Shown here in pieces: positions 32,720 through 44,369 of a stretch of 64,000 bases of DNA. Origin of the DNA: an uncultured Gemmatimonadales bacterium (GTDB lineage Bacteria > Gemmatimonadota > Gemmatimonadetes > Longimicrobiales > Gaopeijiaceae); NCBI GenBank assembly GCA_963823035.1, contig CAWGKG010000010.1, forward strand, positions 288,001 to 352,000. Direction: 5' to 3'. Under the pieces are notes generated by a model that saw nothing but the letters and a program-made list of their open reading frames with translations, was not told where the DNA came from and ran no database searches. Made by a program: the position numbers and the translations under genes. Each line of letters begins with the position of its first letter. The first letter of the stretch is position 1.

Positions 32720-32757
32720 GGGCCCTTCGGCGATGGCCCGAGGGGCCCTTTTCCTTT
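32720..32757 (+). terminator. Intrinsic terminator
   Basis: GGGCCCTTCGG-7nt-CCGAGGGGCCC then TTTTCCTTT. Confidence 0.75.
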
Positions 32758-32792
32758 GGGGCCGTGGGACCGATCCTGCTATCTTGGGAGCC

Positions 32793-33575
32793 ATGCGCGT
32801 CTCCTTGACCGGCCCGATCCAGGCGGTGGGCCGTGCCTCCATGTCGTCCGTCGCCACCGTCGGGCGTGCCGGATTCCTCGCTCTGGGTGCGCTGCGCGCG
32901 CTCCGGAAGGTGGAGATCTGGGCGCCCAACGTGCTGACGCAGATGGCGCGAATCGGGGTGGATTCCGTCCCGATCGCCCTCTTCATCGCGACGTTCACCG
33001 GCGTCGTGCTCGCGCTGCAATCCTCCTACACGTTCACCGGCGCCATCCCGCTCTACTTCGTGGGCACGCTCGTGGGCAAGACGATGGTGCTCGAGCTGGG
33101 ACCGGTCCTCACGGGCTTGGCGCTGTCGGGGCGGGTGGGCGCGAACATCGCGGCCGAGATCGGCACCATGCGCATCACGGAACAGGTCGACGCGCTGGAG
33201 ACGCTGGCCTACGACCCGAACGCGTATCTGGTCGTGCCCCGCGTCATCGCGGGTGCCCTCATGTTCCCGGTGGTCGTGGTGCTGGCCAACGGCATCGGCA
33301 TCGTGTCCGGGTGGATCACGTCGCTGTACCTCCTGGACATGTCGTCGGTCGAGTTCCTGAAGGGGCTGCGGCTGTTCTTCAGGAGCTGGGACGTCTGGTT
33401 CTCCGTCATCAAGTCGTTCACGTTCGGGATCACGGTCACGTCGGTGGGCTGCTTCTTCGGGATGCACACCACGGGCGGCGCCGAGGGCGTCGGCCGCTCC
33501 ACGACGCACGCGGTGGTCGCGGCCAGCATGATCATCCTGGTCCTCGACGCGTTCCTCGCGGCGGTGCTGCTGTGA
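32793..33575 (+). CDS. mlaE: MlaE family ABC permease
   Basis: IGVDSVP, ELGPVLTGL..GRVGANIAAEIGTMRITEQVDAL, GGAEGVGRSTT. Confidence 0.93.
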   Translation: MRVSLTGPIQAVGRASMSSVATVGRAGFLALGALRALRKVEIWAPNVLTQMARIGVDSVPIALFIATFTGVVLALQSSYTFTGAIPLYFVGTLVGKTMVLELGPVLTGLALSGRVGANIAAEIGTMRITEQVDALETLAYDPNAYLVVPRVIAGALMFPVVVVLANGIGIVSGWITSLYLLDMSSVEFLKGLRLFFRSWDVWFSVIKSFTFGITVTSVGCFFGMHTTGGAEGVGRSTTHAVVAASMIILVLDAFLAAVLL

Positions 33576-34321
33576 GCATCGAGCTGACCGACCTCCACAA
33601 GGCGTTCGGACCGAAGGAGGTCCTGAAGGGATTCACGCTCGACGTGCGCGAAGGGGAGACGCTCTCCGTCATCGGCGGGTCCGGCTCCGGGAAGTCCGTG
33701 GCGCTGAAGCACGTCGTGGGGTTGCTCCAACCGGACAGCGGCGAGGTGCGCGTGGACGGAGTGGACGTCGTCGGGTTGCCGCAGCAGGAGCTTTACGAGC
33801 TGCGGCGCCGCGTCGGCTACGTCTTCCAGTTCGCGGCGCTCTTCGACTCGATGACCGTGGCGGAGAACGTGGGGATGGGTCTGAAGCGCATCCCGAACAT
33901 GACCGCCGCGAAGATCCGGGAGCGGGTGGCCGAGTGCCTCGCGCTCGTGGATCTGGACGGATACGAGGAGCGGTTTCCGGCCGAGCTGTCGGGGGGCCAG
34001 CGGAAGAGGGCGGGGCTGGCACGGGCGATCGCCACGAAGCCGAAGTACCTCCTCTACGACGAGCCGACCACCGGGCTGGACCCGGTGACCACCTCCGTGA
34101 TCGACTCCCTCATCCAGCGGATGCGCGCGGAGTTGAACGTCACCGGCGTCGTGATCACGCACGACATGCAGAGCGCGTTCAGGATTTCGGATCGGATCGC
34201 CATGCTCTACGATGGACGGATCCGCTTCCATGGCACGCCGGATGAGGTGCGAGGCACCGACGACCGCGTGGTGCGAGCGTTCATCGAGGGGAGGCCGGAC
34301 CTCCTGGAGGCCGTTTCGTGA
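33572..34321 (+). CDS. mlaF: MlaF family ABC ATP-binding protein
   Basis: GGSGSGKS, FQFAALFDSM, LSGGQRKR, YDEPTTGLDP; GTGA overlap. Confidence 0.93.
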   Translation: MSIELTDLHKAFGPKEVLKGFTLDVREGETLSVIGGSGSGKSVALKHVVGLLQPDSGEVRVDGVDVVGLPQQELYELRRRVGYVFQFAALFDSMTVAENVGMGLKRIPNMTAAKIRERVAECLALVDLDGYEERFPAELSGGQRKRAGLARAIATKPKYLLYDEPTTGLDPVTTSVIDSLIQRMRAELNVTGVVITHDMQSAFRISDRIAMLYDGRIRFHGTPDEVRGTDDRVVRAFIEGRPDLLEAVS

Positions 34322-35328
34322 ATCGAGCACGCGAGTTGCTGGTGGGGGTGGTGATCATCCTCGCTGTGGCGGTGGGCGTCGTGGGCACCCTCTGGCTGAA
34401 GCGGACGAACTGGGGTCGACTCCCGACCCCCGTGGAGGTGCTCGTGCGTGACGTGGCCCAGCTCTCACCGGGCAACCCGGTGAAGCTGCGCGGGGTGCGC
34501 ATCGGGCAGGTGGGGGACATCGAGGTGGAGCCCGACGGGCAGGCGGTGAGGATCCGTCTCGAGCTCCAGTCCCCGGTGGCGATCCCGCCGAACGCGGTGG
34601 TGCTGCTGGCGCCGGAGTCGTTCTTCGGGGAATGGCAGGCCGAGATCGTCCCACGCGACCAGTACCCGGGCTTCGACTTCTTCGACCCGGGGGACGCGAA
34701 GGCCGCCGACGGCGAGACGCGGGTCCTCGGCGGCTACGCGCTTCCCGAGCTGTCCCGCCTGACGGCGTCCGCCGAGCAGATCTCGGCGAACGTGGCCCAG
34801 CTCTCCGAGCGCCTGGAGATCGCCTTCAACGACGAGACGGCGAACAACCTCGCCCAGGCGATCACCGACATCGCCGCGATCAGCCAGCAGGTGCGCGAGC
34901 TGGTCAACACGCAGTCGGCGATCGCCGGAAACCTCACGACCAGCGCCGACAGCGCGCTGCAGCAGATCGAGGAGGCCTCCCGGGCCGCACGCCGCTCGTT
35001 CCAGCGGATGGAGGGGCTCCTCGGCGACGCCCAGATCGACAGCATCGTGACGAACGTGCGCTTGGCGACATCGAGCATCCAGGAGCTTTCGGCCAACCTC
35101 TCGGGCGCTTCCGGGGGGATGAGCAAGACGATGGAGCAGGCGGACTCGGCGTTCGGGCGCCTGGACCGGCTCACGGCGCGCGTGGAGTCGGGGGAGGGCA
35201 CGATCGGACGCCTGTTCGTGGACTCGACGCTGGCCCTGCGTACGGAGGACGTGCTGCAGCAACTCAACCTCCTCCTGCAGGATCTCCGGGAGAATCCCCG
35301 GCGCTACGTACGCCTTTCGATCTTCTGA
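34318..35328 (+). CDS. mlaD: MlaD/MCE family protein with helical extension
   Basis: N-terminal TM helix, PVKLRGVRIGQV, GEGTIGRL, DLRENPRRY. Confidence 0.9.
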   Translation: MNRARELLVGVVIILAVAVGVVGTLWLKRTNWGRLPTPVEVLVRDVAQLSPGNPVKLRGVRIGQVGDIEVEPDGQAVRIRLELQSPVAIPPNAVVLLAPESFFGEWQAEIVPRDQYPGFDFFDPGDAKAADGETRVLGGYALPELSRLTASAEQISANVAQLSERLEIAFNDETANNLAQAITDIAAISQQVRELVNTQSAIAGNLTTSADSALQQIEEASRAARRSFQRMEGLLGDAQIDSIVTNVRLATSSIQELSANLSGASGGMSKTMEQADSAFGRLDRLTARVESGEGTIGRLFVDSTLALRTEDVLQQLNLLLQDLRENPRRYVRLSIF

Positions 35329-35335
35329 CGGGCGG

Positions 35336-35839
35336 ATGGCGAAGCGGGGCGGGGCCCGGATCGAGAGGAGCGCCGGCGGCGTCGTGGTGCGTGCGCTGGA
35401 CGGCGTTCCCCACGTGCTCGTCATCCGGGATCCGTACCAGAACTGGGGCCTTCCCAAAGGGCACCTCGAGGACGGGGAGGGCTCGGGGGAGGCCGCGATG
35501 CGCGAGGTCGGCGAGGAGACGGGCCTCGTCGACCTGGTGCTGGGACCGGAGCTGGCGACGATCGACTGGTACTTCCGCGCCGGCGGCAAGCTGATCCACA
35601 AGTTCTGCGCCTTCTACCTCATGCGCTCCCCCACGGGGGACCCCGTCCCCGAGGCCGAAGAGGGGATCACCGAGTGCGTGTGGCTCACGCTCGACGAAGC
35701 CGAGGCGCGGATCTCGTACGACAACGCGCGGGAGGTGGTGAAGGTGGCGCGCGAGATGCTCGCCAGGGACGGGAGACGGCGTGAGCGCAGCGCACGCTCC
35801 TCGAGCTGTCATCTCGGGGAGACGCCGGCCGGGTCCTGA
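35336..35839 (+). CDS. NUDIX hydrolase
   Basis: SAGGVV, LPKGHLEDGE..AAMREVGEETG Nudix box. Confidence 0.9.
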   Translation: MAKRGGARIERSAGGVVVRALDGVPHVLVIRDPYQNWGLPKGHLEDGEGSGEAAMREVGEETGLVDLVLGPELATIDWYFRAGGKLIHKFCAFYLMRSPTGDPVPEAEEGITECVWLTLDEAEARISYDNAREVVKVAREMLARDGRRRERSARSSSCHLGETPAGS

Positions 35840-35941
35840 ACGCGAGACGGACGGCCCCGTCCGGGCCGTTTGCCCCCTACGCGCGCAGGGTTACACTTGT
35901 GCGACCTCCCCGCCTCACGTGCACGCTTCCCCAGGATCCCG

Positions 35942-36951
35942 ATGCCGAACGACGTCCGGGACATCACGATCATCGGCGGGGGCCCGACCGGGCTCTTCGC
36001 CGCCTTCTACGGCGGGATGCGCGGGCGCTCCACCCGCATCATCGACTCGCTCCCCGAGCTCGGCGGCCAGCTCACGGCGCTCTATCCGGAGAAGGATGTC
36101 TTCGACGTGGGCGGGTTCCCCAGGATCCTGGCCAAGGACCTGGCGCGGAACCTCGTCGAGCAGGCGCTGCAGTTCGAGCCCGAGGTGATCCTCGACGAGC
36201 AGGTGCGGGAGGTGCGTTGGGAGGGCGGCCACTTCTCCCTGCGCACGAAGACCGACGTCTACCTGTCGAAGTCCATCGTGGTGGCGGGAGGGAAGGGGGC
36301 CTTCGAGCCGATGCGCCTCGAGGTGCCCGGGCTACGACAACTTCCTGCACGCGCGGGGTCGAGTACGCCGTGAGAAACCCCGAGGTGTACAAGGGGAAGC
36401 GCGCGATGATCGTGGGCGGCGGGGACTCCGCGCTGGACTGGGTGCTGATCCTGAAGGACGTGGCGGAGCACACCACGCTCGTGCATCGCCGGGACGGTTG
36501 GCGGGCGCACCAGGCGACCGTGGCACGCATGGAGTCCGCCGTGTCCGCGGGCGAGATCGAGCTGCGTACCTTCCACGAGGTGCGTGAGATCCATGGCTCG
36601 GACCACGTCGAGGGCGTCACGGTCTTCGACAACCGCACCGACGAGGACGTGCTGCTGCCCTGCGACGTCGTGCTCACCTGCCTCGGGTTCAAGCCGGACC
36701 TCGGGCCGATCGCCGAGTGGGGCATCGCGGTGGAGAAGAACCGCGTGAAGGTGAACAGCTTGATGGAGACGAGCGTGCCGGGCATCTACGCCGCCGGCGA
36801 CCTCGTCGACTACGAGGGGAAACTCGACCTCATCGCCACGGGTTTCGCAGAGGCGGCGATCGCCGTGAACAACGCGGTCCACTTCGTGGATCCTTCGGCG
36901 CGGGTCAATCCGGGCCATTCCACGAGCATGAAGGTCTTCAAAGACAAGTAG
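35942..36951 (+). CDS. TrxB-like ferredoxin--NADP reductase (YumC type), frameshift near 36340
   Basis: [56 protein letters not shown]; no CxxC. Confidence 0.88.
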
Positions 36952-36967
36952 GAAGAGGAATCCAACC

Positions 36968-37975
36968 ATGGCTGACAACACGGCTCGCGAGCGCGAGCAG
37001 GTCGTGATCATCGGGTCCGGCCCCGCGGGCTGGACCGCCGCGATCTACGCGGCGCGCGCCCAACTCGAGCCGCTCGTGTTCGAGGGCGCCGGTAGCCGGA
37101 CGATGATCCCCGGTGGGCAGCTGATGTTCACCACCGAGGTCGAGAACTACCCGGGCTTCCGCGAGGGCGTGACCGGGCAGGATCTGATGATGGAGATGCG
37201 TGCCCAGGCCGAGCGCTTCGGCACCCGCATCCTCACCGAGGACATCGTGGACGTCGACTTCGAGCAGCGGCCCTTCGTGCTCAAGTCGAGCCGCGGCAAG
37301 GAGGTGCGCGCCGACACGGTGATCCTCGCCACCGGCGCGAACGCGAAGTGGATCGGGCTGGACAACGAGGAGCGGCTGGCGCAGTCGGGCGGCGGCGTGA
37401 GCGCCTGCGCGGTGTGCGACGGGGCGCTGCCGCACTTCCGCAACCAGGTGCTGGCCGTGGTGGGCGGAGGCGACTCCGCCATGGAGGACGCCCTCTACCT
37501 GACCAAGTTCGCCAAGGAGGTGGTGGTCGTGCACCGGCGCGACGAGTTCCGCGCGTCGAAGATCATGGCCGAGCGCGCGCTCTCGGACCCGAAGATCCGG
37601 GTCGCCTGGAACAAGGTGGTGACCGAGGTCCTCGGCGACGACGTGATCACCGGGCTGCGCCTGCAGGACACGGTGACGGGCGAGGAGAGCGAGCTCGAGG
37701 TCGCCGGGCTCTTCGTGGCGATCGGCCACGAGCCCAACACGGCCTTCCTGAAGGGGAAGGTGGCGCTCAAGCCCAACGGCTACATCGAGATGCCGGTGCC
37801 ATGGCGCACGAACACCTCGGTGCCCGGCGTCTTCGCCTGCGGCGACGTCATGGACGACTACTACCGCCAGGCGGTCTCGGCGGCCGGCACCGGGTGCATG
37901 GCCGCGCTCGACGCCGAGCGCTGGCTCGCGCACGGCGGCTCCGAGGTCCCGGAAGAGGCGGTGGCGGCGGGCTGA
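36968..37975 (+). CDS. trxB: Thioredoxin-disulfide reductase
   Basis: [50 protein letters not shown]. Confidence 0.96.
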   Translation: MADNTAREREQVVIIGSGPAGWTAAIYAARAQLEPLVFEGAGSRTMIPGGQLMFTTEVENYPGFREGVTGQDLMMEMRAQAERFGTRILTEDIVDVDFEQRPFVLKSSRGKEVRADTVILATGANAKWIGLDNEERLAQSGGGVSACAVCDGALPHFRNQVLAVVGGGDSAMEDALYLTKFAKEVVVVHRRDEFRASKIMAERALSDPKIRVAWNKVVTEVLGDDVITGLRLQDTVTGEESELEVAGLFVAIGHEPNTAFLKGKVALKPNGYIEMPVPWRTNTSVPGVFACGDVMDDYYRQAVSAAGTGCMAALDAERWLAHGGSEVPEEAVAAG

Positions 37976-38016
37976 CCCGCCGCACCGTGCGTGGCCGGCG
38001 GCCCGGTGCCGCGCGC

Positions 38017-38780
38017 TCAGACGGCGTCGTTCCGGGTCGTCGCCGAGCCGAGCAGGCGGCCTCCGTCCACCGCGAGGATCTGGCCGGTCACGTAGGGTGC
38101 GTCGGCCAGGTAGAGCACGGCGCGCACCACGTCCTCCGGCGCGCCCAGCGCCTGGAGGGGTGCGCGCCGGCGCAGCTCCTCGAGCCGGTCCTCGCGGGTA
38201 GTCGTCCGGCGGGAGGCACCGCCCCCGGGGCGATCGCGTTCACGCGCACCTCGGGCGCCATCGCCCGCGCCTGGACGCGCGTCAGATGCGCGAGCGCGGC
38301 CTTGGAGACGGCGTGGACCGGGTACTCCCGCCACGGCTGGAAGGCCGAGAGGTCGACGATGTTCACGACCGCCCCGCGAGCGGCCCGGAGCATGTCGGCG
38401 GCCTCGCGCACGAGCAGGTGCGGTGCCCGCACGTTCACGTCCATGATGCGGTCCCACCCGTCCGCGTCGGCGTCCGCGAGCGACAGCGTCTCGAAGCCGG
38501 CGGCGCTGTTCACCAGCAGGTCGAGCCGGCCGAACGCCTCCCGCACCGCCGCGATGATGGCCCGCGGCGCGTCGGGCTCCGCGAGGTCGCCCCGCACGGT
38601 CGCGGACGTGCGCCCCAGCCCGCGGATCCGTTCGGACACTGCCAAGGCCGGCGCTTCCGAAGCCCGGTAGTGCACCGCGACGTCGAAGCCGGCCTCGGCG
38701 AGACCCAGCGAAAGGGCGCGCCCGAGGCGGATAGCGCCGCCCGTGACCAGGGCCACACGTTGAAATCCGTGCGCATTCAT
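38017..38780 (-). CDS. SDR oxidoreductase, pteridine reductase/FolM-like (frameshift near 38210)
   Basis: LVTGGAIRLG with the Arg typical of PTR1/FolM, VHYR, LVNSA, VRVNAIAPG, VTGQILAVDGG. Confidence 0.75.
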
Positions 38781-38852
38781 GGGACACTGATAAGCTCGGC
38801 TCGCGTCGGTGGGCCAGAGTGAGGCCCATATCGCAAGCCAGAAAGGGAGGTC

Positions 38853-39578
38853 GTGATGCCGGATCTGACCGGCAAGGTCGCCATCGTCACCGGGAGCACC
38901 AAGGGGATCGGACTCGCCGTCGCGGAGCACCTGGTGCGCGCGGGCGCATCGGTCGTGGTGACGTCCCGGACCGCCGCCGACGTCCGTGAGACGGCCGAGC
39001 GGCTGGCTCCCTACGCCGAGGGCGAGGTCCTGGGCATCGCCTGCGACGTGCGCGATCCGGAGGCGTGCGCCGCGCTGGTCGAGGAGACGGTGTCGCGGCT
39101 CGGGCGTCTCGACATCCTCGTGAACAACGCGGGGCTCGGCGTCTTCAAGTCGATCACCGAGATGAGCGTCGACGAGTGGCGCGTCCAGATCGACACGAAC
39201 CTCGGCGGGGTGTTCTACTGCTCGAAGGCGGCGATCCCGCACCTGAGCGCCACGGGCGACGGCTTCATCGTCAACATCGGCTCGCTCGCCGGCCGCAACA
39301 CCTTCGCCGGCGGCACGGGCTACAACGCCAGCAAGTTCGGTCTCGTGGGGATGACCGAGGCGATGATGCTCGACGTCCGCCACGACGACGTGCGCGTCAG
39401 CGTCATCATGCCCGGGAGCGTCAACACGTGGTTCAACGGGCGCGAGCAGGCGAGCGAGCGCGACTGGAGGCTGGAGGCCGACGACTGCGCGCTCGCGGTC
39501 CTGCAGCTGCTGGACTATCCGAAGCAGGCCCACGTGAGCCGCATCGAGATGCGGCCCTCTCAGCCCAGGAAGGGGTAG
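38853..39578 (+). CDS. SDR family oxidoreductase
   Basis: TGSTKGIG, VNNAG, YNASK. Confidence 0.9.
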   Translation: MMPDLTGKVAIVTGSTKGIGLAVAEHLVRAGASVVVTSRTAADVRETAERLAPYAEGEVLGIACDVRDPEACAALVEETVSRLGRLDILVNNAGLGVFKSITEMSVDEWRVQIDTNLGGVFYCSKAAIPHLSATGDGFIVNIGSLAGRNTFAGGTGYNASKFGLVGMTEAMMLDVRHDDVRVSVIMPGSVNTWFNGREQASERDWRLEADDCALAVLQLLDYPKQAHVSRIEMRPSQPRKG

Positions 39579-39591
39579 CGGGCACCGGTCG

Positions 39592-41626
39592 ATGAACACG
39601 CCGGCCCTGGCACGACATCTCCGGACGGCCTTCCAGCGCTCCACCACGTGGGGCCCCCTGACCATGGCCGTGACGGTCGGGGTCATGGCCGGTGGAGGTG
39701 CCATCGCCCTCCGCTGGATGATCGCCGAGGTCCACTGGCTCTTCTTCGAGCAGTCCGAGCGCATCCGTGAGGTGCTGCACCTGCCGGTCCCCGGGTGGCT
39801 CCTCACCCTCGCTCGCGCCCGCGCTCGGGATGCTCATCGTAGCCTACCTGACGCGCTGGTGGGCGCCCGAGGCCCGCGGCCACGGCGTACCCGAGGTGCA
39901 GTACGCCGTGCGCGTGCTGGGTGGACGCATCCGGACACGCGTCGCCTTCGCCAAGGCCGCGGCGAGCGCGATCTCGATCGGATCCGGGGGATCGCTGGGC
40001 CGCGAGGGCGCCATCGTCCAGATCGGATCGTCCCTCGGGAGCCTGCTGGGCCAGACGCTCGGTCTGGGCGCCGAGGACGTGAAGCTCCTCGTCGCCGCCG
40101 GCGCGGCGGGCGCCATCGGCGGCACCTTCAACGCGCCCATCGGCGGCGTGCTCTTCGCCCTCGAGGTCGTGCTCGGGAGCTTCGCGGCCCGTTCGTTCGG
40201 GCTGGTGGTGGTCGCCTCGGTGAGCGCCACGGCCGTCGCGCAGTCCGTGCTGGGCACGGAGCCCGCCTTCCGGCTGGTCGAGCAGTTCGAGCTCGTCAGC
40301 TACAGCGAGCTGTGGCTGTACCTCCTGCTCGGCGTCGTGACCGGCGCGATCGCGCTGCTCTACGTGCGGACGGTCTACGGTGTGGAGGACGGGTTCGACC
40401 GCTGGAAGGCGCCGATGTGGCTCAAGGCGACGACCGCCGGCCTGCTCCTGGGTGCGCTCGGCACGTGGGGCAGCTCGCACCTCTTCGGCATCGGCCACGA
40501 GGGAGTCGAGCTGGCGATGGCCGGTGGGCTGGCCACCGGGCTCATGGCCGCGCTGATCTTCATGAAGATCTTCGCCACGTCGGTGACGCTGGCGGGCGGG
40601 GGGTCCGGAGGCATCTTCGCGCCGGCGCTCTTCATCGGCGCGATGACGGGCGGGACCTTCGGGAGGATGGCCGACGCGCTCTTCCCCGCCATGACCGCGT
40701 CGCCGGGCGCCTACGCCCTCGTGGGGGCGGCGGCGGTGTTCGGCGCGGCTGCGCACGCGCCCATGACGGCGATCATCATCCTCTTCGAGATGACCGACAA
40801 CTACCGGATCATCCTGCCGCTGATGCTGTGCGTCGTGCTCGCTCAGCTCATCGCGTCGAGGCTCGACCCGGACTCGATCTACACGATCAAGCTGCGGCGC
40901 CTGGGCGGGATGGCGGGCGCCCGAAACGAGTCCGGGACGCTGGATCTCCTCGTCGTGGCCGACGCCATGAGCGAGGAGGTGCCCTCCGTGAAGGCCGACC
41001 TCCCGCTCGGCGAGTTGGCGAAGCGGGCGCGCGACGAGCACGCGCGCAGCTGGCTGGTGCTGGGCGACGAAGGCGAGCTCCGGGGGATCGTGGCGGTGAC
41101 CGACCTGGAGCGCGCGCTGATGGAGGGCGGCCTGGGCGACCGGACGGTCGCGGACGTGATGACGACGGCGGTCGTGACCTGCGAGCCGGGAGAGACGCTG
41201 CGCCACGCGTTCCGGCGCTTCGCCGACCACAACGTCTACCAGTTCCCCGTGATGGATCCCGAGGAGCCGGACAGCGTGCAGGGGGTGCTGTGCCGCCGGG
41301 AGATGATGTGGGCGTACAAGGAGCTGTCGGACGAGCACCAGAGACTCGTCGAGCGCACCGATGCTCTGCCGACGGAGCGGCGTTTCGAGACGATCCACGT
41401 GGAGATGGAGGTGACCTCCGCGCATCCGGCGATCACCTACCAGCGTATCCGCGACATCAAGGTGCCCGAGCACTCCCTCATCGCGCTGCTCCGTCGCGGC
41501 GAGCGCGTCGTGGTGCCACGGGGCTTCACACGGGTCGAGCCGGGCGACGTGCTCACGCTCATCACCACGCGCGAGCACGAGCGGTCGCTGCGATCGTGGA
41601 TCGCCTCCGGTGCCTACCTCTCCTGA
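39592..41626 (+). CDS. ClC chloride channel/transporter with CBS pair and TrkA-C domain (frameshift near 39810)
   Basis: GHGVPE, GGSLGREG, FNAPIGG, GGIFAP, FEMT, SIYT; C-terminal ALLRRGERVVVPRG..PGDVL. Confidence 0.9.
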
Positions 41627-41734
41627 GCGGGGCGCCGCCTTTACCCGCCTCGCCGTGCCCCTAGATTCCAGAAAACGGACCGGCGAGCGCAGCTTCCGCG
41701 CCGGTCGTCCGACCCCTCAGAGACGAGCCTCTCC

Positions 41735-43122
41735 ATGGCTGACGGATACCGGATCGAAAAGGACTCGCTGGGCGAGATGAAGGTGCCCGAGGCGGCCCTG
41801 TACGGCGCCCAGACCCAGCGCGCGTTCGAGAACTTCCCCATCAGCGGCCAGCGCTTCGGCCGGCGCTTCATCGAGGCGCTGGGCACGATCAAGAAGGCCG
41901 CCGCGCTCGTGAACGCCGACATGGGCGGCGTCGACGCGTCGATCGCGGAGGCGATCGTCGCCGCGGCCACCGAGGTGGTGGCGGGGAAATGGGACGACCA
42001 GTTCGTCCTCGACGTCTACCAGACCGGGTCGGGGACGTCCACGAACATGAACGCCAACGAGGTGATCGCGCACCGCGCGACGCAGATCCTCGGCTCCAAG
42101 GTCCATCCCAACGACCACGTGAACTTCGCGCAGTCGTCGAACGACGTGATCCCGACGGCGATCCACGTGGCGGCGCGCGTCGCGATCGAGAAGGAGCTCG
42201 TCCCGGGGCTCGACCACCTTCGGGCCGCGCTCGCCGACAAGGCGAAGGCGTTCGACGGGATCGTGAAGTCCGGCCGCACCCACCTGATGGACGCGACGCC
42301 GGTGCGGCTCGGCCAGGAGTTCGGCGGCTACGCCACCCAGGTCGCCAAGGGCATCGAGCGTGCGCGCCGGGCCTCCGAGGAGCTGTCCGAGCTGGCGCTG
42401 GGCGGGACCGCGACGGGCACCGGGATCAACACCGACCCGGCCTTCCCGGGGCGGACGATCGCGAAGATCTCCGAGCTGCACGGGCATCGACTTCCGCGAG
42501 GCCGACGACCACTTCGAGGCGCAGGCCGCGAAGGACGCGGCCGTGAGCGCGTCGGGCGCGCTCAACGCGATCGCCACCGGGCTCATGAAGATCGCGGACG
42601 ACATCCGGTGGCTGGGGAGCGGGCCGACCTCGGGGATCCACGAGATCAAGCTACCGGCGATCCAGCCCGGCTCGTCGATCATGCCGGGGAAGGTGAACCC
42701 GGTCATGTCCGAGGCGCTGATGATGGTCGCCGCCCGCGTCATGGGGAACCACACGACCGTGACCATCGCGGGGAGCCGCGGCAACTTCGAGCTCAACGTC
42801 ATGATGCCGGTGCTGGCGCAGGCGCTGCTCGAGTCGATCACGCTGCTCGGCCAACGCCGCGCGGGCGTTCGCCGACAACTGCGTGGTGGGCATCGAGGCG
42901 AACGAGGCGCGCTGCCGGGAGCTGCTCGAGCTCAACCCGTCGATCGCGACGGCGCTGAACCCGTACATCGGCTACGACCAGGCGGCGGTCGTGGCGAAGG
43001 CGGCCGCCAAGGAGCACCGGAGCGTGCGGGAGATCGTCCTGCGGGAGAAGCTGCTTCCCGAGGAGAAGATCGACGAGGCGCTCGACGTGCGCGGCATGAC
43101 CGAGCCTGGACTGCCGCGCTGA
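41735..43122 (+). CDS. fumC: Class II fumarate hydratase (two frameshifts)
   Basis: [56 protein letters not shown]. Confidence 0.93.
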
Positions 43123-43144
43123 CGCCATCTCCCGGCGACGATTC

Positions 43145-43175
43145 GAGGGGGTCGGCCGTTGCGGCCGACCCCCTC
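43145..43175. terminator. Hairpin between convergent genes
   Basis: GAGGGGGTCGGCCG-loop-CGGCCGACCCCCTC. Confidence 0.65.
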
Positions 43176-43219
43176 GTCCCTCCGCCAGCACCCGCGCTGC
43201 GTCCAGCAGCCTGCTCGGG

Positions 43220-43991
43220 TCAGTACAGGATGGCGAACGGCTGGAGTCGGGTCGTCGCGGCCCGCGCCATGAACTGCGTCGTGTAGGCGCGAATCTGCCG
43301 GCCGCCGCCGTACACCTCGACCATGTAGAGCTCGTAGGGCCGCATCACGTTCAGGTAGTCGAGCCCGCCGATCACGGGAGCCTCGTCGATCCACACGGAG
43401 GGCTCGATGGCCCGTCCGCGCACGATGAGGCAGTTGCTGCTCCACCGGCCCCGGCAGGGCACACGCGGGAATCCCGCCGCGGGTCGTCACGAAGTCCAGG
43501 ACGCTCTGCTGCGGTGACGACGCCAGCGCGCCGCGGTCGAACCAGCGCACGCTCGTGGGCACGGCCCGCCGCCGCGATTCGAAGCGGTCGGTCACGACGT
43601 GCAGCCCCTCCAGGAGCACCGGGCGGGGCGTCATCCGCAGGGTGAGCGCCTGGTCGGGCGAGACGGGTCCTTCCCAGCGGAGCGTGTCGTAGCCGAGCTG
43701 CTCCACGGTCAGGGCGGCCCGACCGGCGGCGACGTGCGCAATCCGGAATCGGCCCGCCTCGTCCGTGAGCGAGCCCCATTCCGAGCCATCGAGGGCGACG
43801 AACGCCCCGGCGAGCGGTCGCCCGCCTTCCCCGACGACCGTGCCCGACAGGTCGAACGAGCTGTCGACCTCCTGGGCGAAGGCGCTCCCGGTCAGGAGCG
43901 CTACCGCGACGAACGCCAGGCTCACCCATAGCACCAACGGCTTGAACGCCTGCCAATGCGGCGGCATCGGCGTATTCCACATCCTCTTCAT
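43220..43991 (-). CDS. Secreted carboxypeptidase-regulatory-like domain + plug-like domain protein (frameshift near 43465)
   Basis: Signal/TM ending [42 protein letters not shown]. Confidence 0.7.
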
Positions 43992-44228
43992 CTTCCCCTC
44001 CGGGCAGTCGGGTCCGAGTCGGACCCGACGGAGGGTGTAGGCGCAAGCGACGTGCCGTCGCGGGGTCGGCCCCTGCCGTTCGCCGAAAAGCATTGGGGCG
44101 CATGGGGAATCGAGGTTTGGGGACGGACCGGAGCGCCGTCGGCCGGCGTCCGTGCGCGGGGACGGTTCGGGAAGCGGCAGTGTCCACGAAGCGGGACGGC
44201 GCGGGTCGTGGAACAGGGGGTCAGGGAC

Positions 44229-44264
44229 AAAAGAAGCGACGGCAGGCTGGCGCCTGCCGCCGCT
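44229..44264 (-). terminator. Intrinsic terminator
   Basis: Minus strand AGCGGCGGCAGGC-GCCA-GCCTGCCGTCGCT then TCTTTT. Confidence 0.75.
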
Positions 44265-44369
44265 AGGCACGCCCCCCCCAGGGCGTGAGGCCCGGCTCAG
44301 AGAGGGCGCGGGCACACCAACCCGGCCACCAACCAACCTGCTCGAGGGTCGGTGAACCGGTTTTCTAAT

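Noticed and set aside
39592..41626. Fluoride-specific CLC-F exporter
   Set aside because: Lacks GNNLI/GMGLI, GREGT and GEVTP signatures; no fluoride riboswitch seen
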